The notes below the pieces were generated by a model. That model saw only the letters and a program-made list of their open reading frames with translations. It was not told where the DNA came from and ran no database searches. This document shows, piece by piece, positions 43,401 through 57,400 of a stretch of 64,000 nt of DNA. Each line of letters starts with the position of its first letter. Position 1 is the first letter of the stretch. The position numbers were made by a program, and so were the translations under genes. Source of the stretch: Squalus acanthias (Eukaryota); the NCBI GenBank assembly GCA_030390025.1, contig CM059438.1:60576001-60640000 (forward strand). Direction: 5' to 3'.

Positions 43401-46400
43401 TCCAACATAAAGTAGTATCCAACATAAAGTAGTATCCAACATAAAGTAGTATCCAACATAAAGTAGTATCCAACATAAAGTAGTATCCAAAATAAATTAG
43501 TATCCAACATAAAGTAGTATCCAACATAAAGTAGTATCCAACATAAAGTAGTATCCAACATAAAGTAGTATCCAACATAAAGTAGCATCCAACATAAATT
43601 AGTATCCCACGTAAAGTAGTATCCAACATAAATTAGCATCCAACATGAATTAGTATCCAACATGGATTAGTATCCAACGTGAATTAGTATCCAACATAAA
43701 TTAGTATCCAACATAAATTAGCATCCATCATGAATTAGTATCCAACATAAATTAGTGTCCAACATGAATTAGTATCCAACATAAAGTAGTATCCAACATA
43801 AAGTAGTATCCAACGTAAAGTAGTATCCAACATAAAGTAGTGTCCAACATGAATTAGTATCCAACATAAATTAGTATCCAACATAAAGTAGTCTCCAACA
43901 TAAAGTAGAATCCAACATAACTTAGTATCAAACATAAAGTAGTATCCAACATAAAGTAGTATCCAATATAACTTCATATCCAACACAAAGTAGCATTCAA
44001 CATGAAGTCGTATCCAACATAAAGTAGTATCCAACATAAAGTAGTATCCAACATGAATTAGTGTCCAACATAAATCAGTATCCAACATAACTTATTCTCC
44101 AAAATAAATTAGTATCCAACACAAAGTAGCATCCAACATGAAGTAGTCTCCAACATAAAGTAGTATCTAACATAAATTAGTGTCCAACACAAAGTGGTAT
44201 CCAACATAAATTATTATCCAACATAAATTAGTATCCAACATATATTAGTATTCAACATAAATTAGTCTCCAACACAAAGTAGTATCCAACATAAAGTAGA
44301 ATCCAACATAAAGTAGTATCCAACATAAATTAGTATCCAACGTGAATTAGTATCCAACATAAATTCGTCTCCAACATAAATTAGTGTCCAACATAAAGTT
44401 GTCTTCAACATAAAGTAGTATCCAACATAAATCAGCCTCCAACATAAATTATTATCCAACATAAAGTAGCATCCAACATAAATTAGTCTCCAACGTAAAT
44501 TAGTATCCAACATGAAGTAGTCTCCAACATAAAGTAGTATCCAACATAAATTAGTATCCAACATAAAGTAGTATCCAACATAAATAGTCTCCAACATAAA
44601 TTCGTATCCAACATAAATTATTATCCAACATAATTTAGTCTCCAACATGAATTATTATCCAACATAATGTAGTATCCAACATGAAGTAGTATCCAACATA
44701 AAGTAGTCTCCAACATAAAGTAGTATCCAACATAAATTAATATCCAACATAAAGTAGTATCCAACATAAAGTAGTATCCAACATAAAATAGTATCCAACA
44801 TAAATAGTCTCCAACATAAATTCGTATCCAACATAAATTATTATCAAACATTATTTAGTCTCCAACATGAATTATTATCCAACATAATGTAGTATCCAAC
44901 ATGAAGTAGTATCCAACATGAATTATTATCCAACATAAAGTAGTCTCCAACATAAAGTAGTATCCAACATAAAGTAGCATCCAACAGAAAGTAGTATCCA
45001 ACATGAAGTAGTATCCAACATAAAGTAGTCTCCAACATAAAGTAGTATCCAACATAAAGTAGTATCCAACATAAAGTAGTATCCAACATAAAGTAGTATC
45101 CAACAGAAAGTAGTATCCAACATAAAGTAGTGTCCAACATGAATTATTATCCAACATAAAGTAGTCTCCAACATAAAGTACTATCCAACATAATTTAGTA
45201 TCCAACATAAATTAGTCTCCAACATGAATTATTATCCAACATAAAGTAGTCTCCAACATAAAGTAGTATCCAACATAAAGTAGTATCCAACATAAAGTAG
45301 CATCCAACAGAAAGTAGTATCCAACATGAAGTTGTATCCAACATAAAGTAGTCTCCAACATAAAGTAGTATCCAACATAAAGTAGTATCCAACATAAAGT
45401 AGTATCCAACATAAAGTAGCATCCAACAGAAAGTAGTATCCAACATAAAGTAGCATCCAACATAAATTAGTATCCAACATAAATTAGTGTCCAACATAAA
45501 GTTGTCTCCAACATAAAGTAGTATCCAACATAAATCAGCCTCCAACATAAATTAGTATCCAACATGAAGTAGTATCCAACATAAAGTAGTATCCAACAAA
45601 AATTAGTATCCAACATAAATTAGTATCCAACATAAATAGTCTCCAACATAAATTCGTATCCAACATAAATTATTATCCAACATAATTTAGTCTCCAACAT
45701 GAATTATTATCCAACATAATGTAGTATCCAACATGAAGTAGTATCCAACATAAATTAGTATCCACCATAAAGTAGTATCCAACATAAATTAGTGTCCAAC
45801 ATGAATTAGTATCCAACATAAATTAGTATCCAACATAAAGTAGTCTCCAACATAAAGTAGAATCCAACATAACTTAGTATCAAACATAAAGTAGTATCCA
45901 ACATAAAGTAGTATCCAATATAACTTCATATCCAACACATAGTAGCATCCAACATGAAGTCGTATCCAACATAAAGTAGTATCCAACATAAAGTAGTATC
46001 CAACATAAATTAGTATCCAACATAAATTAGTGTCCAACATAAATTAGTATCCAACATAAATTAGTATCCAACATGAATTCGTATCCAACATAAATTATTC
46101 TCCAAAATAAATTAGTATCCAACACAAAGTAGCATCCAACATGAAGTAGTCTCCAACATAAAGTAGTATCTAACATAATTTAGTATCCAACACAAAGTAG
46201 TATCCTACATAAATTATTATCCAACATAAATTAGTATCCAACATATATTAGTATCCAACATAAATTAGTCTCCAACATAAATTAGTATCCAACATGAATT
46301 AGTATCCAACATAAATTAGTATCCAACATATATTAGTATCCAACACAAAGTAGTATCCAACATAAAGTAGTATCCAACATAAAGTAGTATCCAACATAAA

Positions 46401-49400
46401 GTAGTATCCAACATATATTAGTATCCAACACAAAGTAGTATCCAACATAAAGTAGTATCCAACACAAAGTAGAATCCAGCACAAAGCAGTATCCAACATA
46501 AAGTAGTATCCAACATAATGTAGTATCCAACATAAAGTTGTATCCAACATAAATTAGTATCCAACATAAAGTAGTATCCAACATAAATTAGTCTCCAACA
46601 TAAATTAGTGTCCAACATAAAGATGTCTCCAACATAAAGTAGTATCCAACATAAATCAGCCTCCAACATAAATTAGTATCCAACATGAAGTAGTATCCAA
46701 CATAAAGTAGTATCCAACATAAATGAGTATCCAACATAAAGTAGTATCCAACATAAATAGTCTCCAACATAAATTCGTATCCAACATAAATTATTATCCA
46801 ACATAATTTAGTCTCCAACATGAATTATTATCCAACATAATGTAGTATCCAACATGAAGTAGTATCCAACATAAATTAGTATCCACCATAAAGTAGTATC
46901 GAACATAAATTAGTATCCAACATAAATTAGTATCCAACATAAAGTAGCATCCAACATAAAGTAGTATCCAACATAAAGTAGTATCCAACATAAAGTAGTA
47001 TCCAACATAAAGTAGCATCCAACATAAATTAGTATCCCACGTAAAGTAGTATCCAACATAAATTAGTATCCAACATGAATTAGTATCCAACATGGATTAG
47101 TATCCAACGTGAATTAGTATCCAACATAAATTAGTATCCAACATAAATTAGCATCCATCATGAATTAGTATCTAACATAAATTAGTGTCCAACATGAATT
47201 ACTATCCAACATAAAGTAGTATCCAACATAAAGTAGTATCCAACGTAAAGTAGTATCCAACATAAACTAGTGTCCAACATAATGTAGTATCCAACATAAA
47301 TTAGTATCCAACATAAAGTAGTATCCAACATAAATTAGTATCCAACATGAATTAGTATCCAACATGAATTAGTATCCAAAATAAATTAGTATCCAACATA
47401 AAGTAGTCTCCAACATAAAGTAGAATCCAACATAACTTAGTATCAAACATAAAATAGTATCCAACATAAATAGTCTCCAACATAAATTCGTATCCAACAT
47501 AAATTATTATCCAACATAATTTAGTCTCCAACATGAATTATTATCCAACATAATGTAGTATCCAACATGAAGTAGTATCCAACATAAAGTAGTCTCCAAC
47601 ATAAAGTAGTATCCAACATAAATTAATATCCAACATAAAGTAGTATCCAACATAAAGTAGTATCCAACATAAAGTAGTATCCAACATAAATAGTCTCCAA
47701 CATAAATTCGTATCCAACATAAATTATTATCCAACATAATTTAGTCTCCAACATGAATTATTATCCAACATAATGTAGTATCCAACATGAAGTAGTATCC
47801 AACATAAATTAGTATCCACCATAAAGTAGTATCGAACATAAATTAGTATCCAACATAAAGTAGTATCCAACATAAAGTAGTATCCAACATAAAGTAGTAT
47901 CCAAAATAAATTAGTATCCAACATAAAGTAGCATCCAACATAAAGTAGTATCCAACATAAAGTAGTATCCCATGTAAAGTAGTATCCAACATAAATTAGT
48001 ATCCAACATGAATTAGTATCCAACATGGATTAGTATCCAACGTGAAGTAGTATCCAACATAAATTAGTATTCAACATAAATTAGTCTCCAACACAAAGTA
48101 GTATCCAACATAAAGTAGAATCCAACATAAAGTAGTATCCAACATAAATTAGTATCCAACGTGAATTAGTATCCAACATAAATTCGTCTCCAACATAAAT
48201 TAGTGTCCAACATAAAGTTGTCTTCAACATAAAGTAGTATCCAACATAAATCAGCCTCCAACATAAATTATTATCCAACATAAAGTAGCATCCAACATAA
48301 ATTAGTCTCCAACGTAAATTAGCATCCAACATGAAGTAGTCTCCAACATAAAGTAGTATCCAACATAAATTAGTATCCAACATAAAGTAGTATCCAACAT
48401 AAATAGTCTCCAACATAAATTCGTATCCAACATAAATTATTATCCAACATAATTTAGTCTCCAACATGAATTATTATCCAACATAATGTAGTATCCAACA
48501 TGAAGTAGTATCCAACATAAAGTAGTCTCCAACATAAAGTAGTATCCAACATAAATTAATATCCAACATAAAGTAGTATCCAACATAAAGTAGTATCCAA
48601 CATAAAATAGTATCCAACATAAATAGTCTCCAACATAAATTCGTATCCAACATAAATTATTATCAAACATTATTTAGTCTCCAACATGAATTATTATCCA
48701 ACATAATGTAGTATCCAACATGAAGTAGTATCCAACATGAATTATTATCCAACATAAAGTAGTCTCCAACATAAAGTAGTATCCAACATAAAGTAGCATC
48801 CAACAGAAAGTAGTATCCAACATGAAGTAGTATCCAACATAAAGTAGTCTCCAACATAAAGTAGTATCCAACATAAAGTAGTATCCAACATAAAGTAGTA
48901 TCCAACATAAAGTAGTATCCAACAGAAAGTAGTATCCAACATAAAGTAGTGTCCAACATGAATTATTATCCAACATAAAGTAGTCTCCAACATAAAGTAC
49001 TATCCAACATAATTTAGTATCCAACATAAATTAGTCTCCAACATGAATTATTATCCAACATAAAGTAGTCTCCAACATAAAGTAGTATCCAACATAAAGT
49101 AGTATCCAACATAAAGTAGCATCCAACAGAAAGTAGTATCCAACATGAAGTTGTATCCAACATAAAGTAGTCTCCAACATAAAGTAGTATCCAACATAAA
49201 GTAGTATCCAACATAAAGTAGTATCCAACATAAAGTAGCATCCAACAGAAAGTAGTATCCAACATAAAGTAGCATCCAACATAAATTAGTATCCAACATA
49301 AATTAGTGTCCAACATAAAGTTGTCTCCAACATAAAGTAGTATCCAACATAAATCAGCCTCCAACATAAATTAGTATCCAACATGAAGTAGTATCCAACA

Positions 49401-52400
49401 TAAAGTAGTATCCAACAAAAATTAGTATCCAACATAAATTAGTATCCAACATAAATAGTCTCCAACATAAATTCGTATCCAACATAAATTATTATCCAAC
49501 ATAATTTAGTCTCCAACATGAATTATTATCCAACATAATGTAGTATCCAACATGAAGTAGTATCCAACATAAATTAGTATCCACCATAAAGTAGTATCCA
49601 ACATAAATTAGTGTCCAACATGAATTAGTATCCAACATAAATTAGTATCCAACATAAAGTAGTCTCCAACATAAAGTAGAATCCAACATAACTTAGTATC
49701 AAACATAAAGTAGTATCCAACATAAAGTAGTATCCAATATAACTTCATATCCAACACATAGTAGCATCCAACATGAAGTCGTATCCAACATAAAGTAGTA
49801 TCCAACATAAATTAGTATCCAACATAAATTAGTGTCCAACATAAATTAGTATCCAACATAAATTAGTATCCAACATGAATTCGTATCCAACATAAATTAT
49901 TCTCCAAAATAAATTAGTATCCAACACAAAGTAGCATCCAACATGAAGTAGTCTCCAACATAAAGTAGTATCTAACATAAATTAGTATCCAACACAAAGT
50001 AGTATCCTACATAAATTATTATCCAACATAAATTAGTATCCAACATATATTAGTATCCAACATAAATTAGTCTCCAACATAAATTAGTATCCAACATGAA
50101 TTAGTATCCAACATAAATTAGTATCCTACATATATTAGTATCCAACACAAAGTAGTATCCAACATAAAGTAGTATCCAACATAAAGTAGTATCCAACATA
50201 AAGTAGTATCCAACATATATTAGTATCCAACACAAAGTAGTATCCAACATAAAGTAGTATCCAACATAAAGTAGAATCCAGCACAAAGCAGTATCCAACA
50301 TAAAGTAGTATCCAACATAATGTAGTATCCAACATAAAGTTGTATCCAACATAAATTAGTATCCAACATAAAGTAGTATCCAACATAAATTAGTCTCCAA
50401 CATAAATTAGTGTCCAACATAAAGATGTCTCCAACATAAAGTAGTATCCAACATAAATCAGCCTCCAACATAAATTAGTATCCAACATGAAGTAGTATCC
50501 AACATAAAGTAGTATCCAACATAAATGAGTATCCAACATAAAGTAGTATCCAACATAAATAGTCTCCAACATAAATTCGTATCCAACATAAATTATTATC
50601 CAACATAATTTAGTCTCCAACATGAATTATTATCCAACATAATGTAGTATCCAACATGAAGTAGTATCCAACATAAATTAGTATCCACCATAAAGTAGTA
50701 TCGAACATAAATTAGTATCCAACATAAATTAGTATCCAACATAAAGTAGCATCCAACATAAAGTAGTATCCAACATAAAGTAGTATCCAACATAAAGTAG
50801 CATCCAACATAAATTAGTATCCCACGTAAAGTAGTTTCCAACATAAATTAGTATCCAACATGAATTAGTATCCAACATGGATTAGTATCCAACGTGAATT
50901 AGTATCCAACATAAATTAGTATCCAACATAAATTAGCATCCATCATGAATTAGTATCTAACATAAATTAGTGTCCAACATGAATTAGTATCCAACATAAA
51001 GTAGTATCCAACATAAAGTAGTATCCAACGTAAAGTAGTATCCAACATAAACTAGTGTCCAACATAATGTAGTATCCAACATAAATTAGTATCCAACATA
51101 AAGTAGTATCCAACATAAATTAGTATCCAACATGAATTAGTATCCAACATGGATTAGTATCCAACATGAATTAGTATCCAACATAAATTAGTATCCAACA
51201 TAAATTAGTATCCAACATGAATTAGTATCCAACATAAATTAGTATCCAACATGAATTAGTATCCAACATAAATTAGTATCCAACATAAAGTAGTATCCAA
51301 CATAAAGTAGAATCCAACATAATTAGTATCCAACATAAAGTAGTATCCAACATAAAGTAGTATCCAACATAAATTAGTATCCAACATAAAGTAGTATCCA
51401 ACATAATTTAGTATCCAACATAAAGTATTATCCAACATAATGTAGTATCCAACATGAAGTAGTATCCAACATAAAGTAGTATCCACCATAAAGTAGTATC
51501 CAACATAAATTAGTATCCAACATAAAGTAGTATCCAACATAAAGTAGTATCCAACATAAAGTAGTATCCAACATAAATTAGTATCCAACATAAAGTAGCA
51601 TCCAACATAAAGTAGTATCCAACATAAAGTAGTATCCAACATAAAGTAGTATCCAACATAAATTAGTATCCAACATGAATTAGTATCCAACATAAATTAG
51701 TATCCAACATAAATTAGTATCCAACATAAATTAGTATCCAACATAAATTAGTATCCAACATGAATTAGTATCCAACATAAATTAGTATCCAACATAATTA
51801 GTATCCAACATAAAGTAGTATCCAACATAAAGTAGTATCCAACATAAAGTAGTATCCAACATAAGTAGTATCCAACATAAGTAGTATCCAACATAAATTA
51901 GTATCCAACATAAAGTAGTATCCAACATAAATTAGTATCCAACATAAGTAGTATCCAACATAAAGTAGTATCCAACATAAAGTAGTATCCAACATAAAGT
52001 AGTATCCAACATAAAGTAGTATCCAACATAAAGTAGTATCCAACATAAAGTAGTATCCAACATAAAGTAGTATCCAACATAAATTAGTATCCAACATAAA
52101 GTAGTATCCAACATAAATTAGTATCCAACATAAAGTAGTATCCAACATAAATTAGTATCCAACATAATTAGTATCCAACATAAATTAGTATCCAACATAA
52201 AGTAGTATCCAACATAAAGTAGTATCCAACATAAATTAGTATCCAACATAAAGTAGTATCCAACATAAAGTAGTATCCAACATAAAGTAGTATCCAACAT
52301 AAAGTAGTATCCAACATAAAGTAGTATCCAACATAAAGTAGTATCCAACATAAAGTAGTATCCAACATAAAGTAGTATCCAACATAAAGTAGTATCCAAC

Positions 52401-54480
52401 ATAAAGTAGTATCCAACATAAATTAGTATCCAACATAAAGTAGTATCCAACATAAAGTAGTATCCATCATATAGTATCCAACATAAAGTAGTATCCAACA
52501 TAAAGTAGTATCCAACATAAAGTAGTATCCAACATAAAGTAGTATCCAACATAAAGTAGTATCCAACATAAAGTAGTATCCAACATAAATGGTATCCAAC
52601 ATAAAGTAGTATCCAACATAAATTATTATCCAACATAATTAGTCTCCAACATGAATTAGTATCCAACATAATGTAGTATCCAACATGAAGTAGTATCCAA
52701 CATAAATTAGTATCCAACATAAAGAAGTATTCAACATAAAGGAGTCTCCAACATAAAGTAGTATCCAACATAAAGTAGCATCCAACATAAAGTAGTGTCC
52801 AACATAAAGTAGTATCCAACATAAAGTAGTATCCAACATAAAGTAGTATCCAACATAAAGTAGTATCCAACATAAAGTAGTATCCAACATAAAGTAGTAT
52901 CCAACATAAAGTAGTATCCAACATAAAGTAGTATCCAACATAAAGTAGTATCCAACATAAAGTAGTATCCAACATAAAGTAGTATCCAACATAAAGTAGT
53001 ATCCAACATAAATTAGTATCCAACATAAAGTAGTATCCAACATAAAGTAGTATCCAACATAAAGTAGTATCCAACATAAAGTAGTATCCAACATAAAGTA
53101 GTATCCAACATAAAGTAGTATCCAACATAAATTAGTATCCAACATGAATTATTATCCAACATAAAGTAGTATCCAACATAAATTAGTATCCAACATAAAG
53201 TAGTATCCAACATAAAGTAGTATCCAACATAAAGTAGTATCCAACATAAAGTAGTATCCAACATAAAGTAGCGTCCAACATAAAGTAGTATCCAACATAA
53301 AGTAGTGTCCAACATGAATTAGTATCCAACATAAAGTAGTCTCCAACATAAAGTAGTATCCAACATAATTTAGTATCCAACATAAATTAGTCTCCAACAT
53401 GAATTATTATCCAACATAAAGTAGTCTCCAACATAAAGTAGTATCCAACATAAAGTAGTATCCAACATAAAGTAGCATCCAACAGAAAGTAGTATCCAAC
53501 ATGAAGTAGTATCCAACATAAAGTAGTCTCCAACATAAAGTAGTATCCAACATAAAGTAGTATCCAACATAAAGTAGTATCCAACATAAAGTAGTATCCA
53601 ACAGAAAGTAGTATCCAACATAAAGTAGCATCCAACATAAATTAGTATCCAACATAAATTAGTGTCCAACATAAAGTTGTCTCCAACATAAAGTAGTAAT
53701 CAACATAAATCAGCCTCCAACATAAATTAGTATCCAACATGAAGTAGTATCCAACATAAAGTAGTATCCAACATAAATTAGTATCCAACATAAAGTAGTA
53801 TCCAACATAAATAGTCTCCAACATAAATTCGTATCCAACATAAATTATTATCCAACATAATTTAGTCTCCAACATGAATTATTATCCAACATAATGTAGT
53901 ATCCAACATGAAGTAGTATCCAACATAAATTAGTATCCACCATAAAGTAGTATCCAACATAAATTAGTGTCCAACATGAATTAGTATCCAACATAAATTA
54001 GTATCCAACATAAAGTAGTCTCCAACATAAAGTAGAATCCAACATAACTTAGTATCAAACATAAAGTAGTATCCAACATAAAGTAGTATCCAATATAACT
54101 TCATATCCAACACATAGTAGCATCCAACATGAAGTCGTATCCAACATAAAGTAGTATCCAACATAAAGTAGTATCCAACATAAATTAGTATCCAACATAA
54201 ATTAGTGTCCAACATAAATTAGTATCCAACATAAATTAGTATCCAACATGAATTCGTATCCAACATAAATTATTCTCCAAAATAAATTAGTATCCAACAC
54301 AAAGTAGCATCCAACATGAAGTAGTCTCCAACATAAAGTAGTATCTAACATAAATTAGTATCCAACACAAAGTAGTATCCTACATAAATTATTATCCAAC
54401 ATAAATTAGTATCCAACATATATTAGTATCCAACATAAATTAGTCTCCAACATAAATTAGTATCCAACATGAATTAGTAT
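40480..54480. repeat. Subfamily 2, layer B
   Basis: Diagnostic variants aaatcagcctcc, aacttcatatcc, gaagtcgtatcc, tattctccaaaa, the 16-bp aacataaatagtctcc, and frequent gtctcc and ttattatcc. A degraded first copy sits at ~40480-41050; clean sequence starts at ~42050. Confidence 0.85.
44240..51120. repeat. Tandem higher-order repeat, unit 3819 bp (225 monomers), about 1.8 clean copies
   Basis: Constant 3819 offset at 44262/48081, 44844/48663, 45195/49014 and 45923/49742. The offset becomes 3802 after net loss of one monomer (46299/50101). Confidence 0.9.
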
Positions 54481-57400
54481 CCAACATAAATAGTCTCCAA
54501 CATAAATTCGTATACAACATAAATTATTATCAAACATTATTTAGGCTCCAACATGAATTATTATCCAACATAATGTAGTATCCAACATGAAGTAGTATCC
54601 AACATGAATTATTATCCAACATAAAGTAGTCTCCAACATAAAGTAGTATCCAACATAAAGTAGCATCCAACAGAAAGTAGTATCCAACATGAAGTAGTAT
54701 CCAACATAAAGTAGTCTCCAACATAAAGTAGTATCCAACATAAAGTAGTATCCAACATAAAGTAGTATCCAACATAAAGTTGTATCCAACAGAAAGTAGT
54801 ATCCAACATAAAGTAGCATCCAACATAAATTAGTATCCAACATAAAGTAGTATCCAACATAAAGTAGTATCCAACATAAAGTAGTATCCAACATAAATTA
54901 GTATCCAACATAAAGTAGTATCCAACATAAAGTAGAATCCAACATAAAGTAGCGTCCAACATAAAGTAGTATCCAACATAAAGTAGTATCCAACATAAAG
55001 TAGTATCCAACATAAATTAGTCTCCAACATGAATTAGTATCCAACATAAAGTAGTATCCAACATAAATTAGTATCCAACATAAAGTAGCGTCCAACATAA
55101 AGTAGTATCCAACATAAAGTAGCGTCCAACATAAAGTAGTATTCAACATAAAGTAGTGTCCAACATGAATTATTATCCAACATAAAGTAGTCTCCAACAT
55201 AAAGTGGTATCCAACATAATTAGTATCCAACATAAATTAGTCTCCAACATGAATTATTATCCAACATAAAGTAGTCTCCAACATAAAGTAGTATCCCACA
55301 TAAAGTAGTATCCAACATAAAGTAGTATCCAACATAAAGTAGTATCCAACAGAAAGTAGTATCCAACATAAAGTAGCATCCAACATAAATTAGTATCCAA
55401 CATAAAGTAGTATCCAACATAAAGTAGTATCCAACATAAAGTAGTATCCAACATAAAGTAGTATCCAACATAAATTAGTATCCAACATAAAGTAGTATCC
55501 AACATAAAGTAGTATCCAACATAAAGTAGCGTCCAACATAAAGTAGTATCCAACATTAAGTAGTATCCAACATAAAGTAGTATCCAACATAAATTAGTCT
55601 CCAACATGAATTATTATCCAACATAAAGTAGTATCCAACATAAAGTAGTATCCAACATAAAGTAGTATCCAACATAAAGTAGTATCCAACATAAAGTAGC
55701 GTCCAACATAAAGTAGTATCCAACATAAAGTAGTATCCAACATAAAGTAGTATCCAACATAAATTAGTCTCCAACATGAATTATTATCCAACATAAAGTA
55801 GTATCCAACATAAATTAGTATCCAACATAAAGTAGTGTCCAACATAAAGTAGTATCCAACATAAAGTAGCGTCCAACATAAAGTAGTATCCAACATAAAG
55901 TAGCGTCCAACATAAAGTAGTATCCAACATAAAGTAGTGTCCAACATGAATTATTATCCAACATAAAGTAGTCTCCAACATAAAGTAGTATCCAACATAA
56001 TTTAGTATCCAACATAAATTAGTCTCCAACATGAATTATTATCCAACATAAAGTAGGCTCCAACATAAAGTAGTCTCCAACATAAAGTAGTATCCAACAT
56101 AATTTAGTATCCAACATAAATTAGTCTCCAACATGAATTATTATCCAACATAAAGTAGGCTCCAACATAAAGTAGTCTCCAACATAAAGTAGTATCCAAC
56201 ATAATTAGTATCCAACATAAAGTAGTATCCAACATAATTTAGTATCCAACATAATTTAGTATCCAACATGAATTATTATCCAACATAATGTAGGCTCCAA
56301 CATAAAGTAGTCCCCAACATAAAGTAGAATCCAACATAATTTAGTATCCAACATAAAGTAGTATCCAACAGAAAGTAGTATCCAATATGAAGTAGTATCC
56401 AACATAAAGTAGTATCCAACATAAAGTAGTATCCAAAAGAAAGTAGTATCCAACATAAAGTAGCATCCAACATAAATTAGTATCCAACATAAAGTAGTAT
56501 CCAACATAAAGTAGTATCCAACATAAAGTAGTATCCAACATAAAGTAGTATCCAACTTAAAGTAGTATTCAACATAAAGTAGCGTCCAACATAAAGTAGT
56601 ATCCAACATAAAGTAGTGTCCAATATAAAGTAGTATCCAACATAAATTAGTCTCCAACATGAATTATTATCCAACATAATGTAGTATCCAACATGAAGTA
56701 GTATCCAACATGAATTATTATCCAACATAAAGTAGTATCCAACATAATTTAGTATCCAACATAAAGTAGTATCCAACATAATTTAGTATCCAACATAATT
56801 TAGTATCCAACATGAATTATTATCCAACATAAAGTAGGCTCCAACATAAAGTAGTATCCAACATAAATTTGTATCCAACATAAATTAGTGTGCAACATAA
56901 ATTAGTCTCCAACATGAATTATTATCCAACATAAAGTAGGCTCCAACATAAAGTAGTCTCCAACATAAAGTAGAATCCAACATAATTTAGTATCCAACAT
57001 AATTTAGTATCCAACATAAAGTAGTATCCAACATAAAGTAGTATCCAACATAACTTAGTATCCAACATAAAGTAGTATCCAACATAAAGTAGTATCCAAC
57101 ATAAAGTAGTGTCCAACATAAAGTAGTATCCAACATAAATTAGTATCCAATATAAAGTAGTATCCAACATAAAGTAGTATCCAACATAACTTAGTATCCA
57201 ACATAAAGTAGTATCCAACATAAAGTAGTATCCAACATAAAGTAGTGTCCAACATAAAGTAGTATCCAACATAACTTAGTATCCAACATAAAGTAGTATC
57301 CAACATAAAGTAGTATCCAACATAAAGTAGTGTCCAACATAAAGTAGTATCCAACATAAATTAGTATCCAACATAAAGTAGTATCCAACATAAAGTAGTG

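Noticed and set aside
55591..55930. 170-bp (10-monomer) period as a nucleosome-length unit like alpha satellite
   Set aside because: It is only a local duplication, seen once per 5.1 kb unit among others of 68, 102, 765 and 969 bp. I see no array-wide 10-monomer periodicity.
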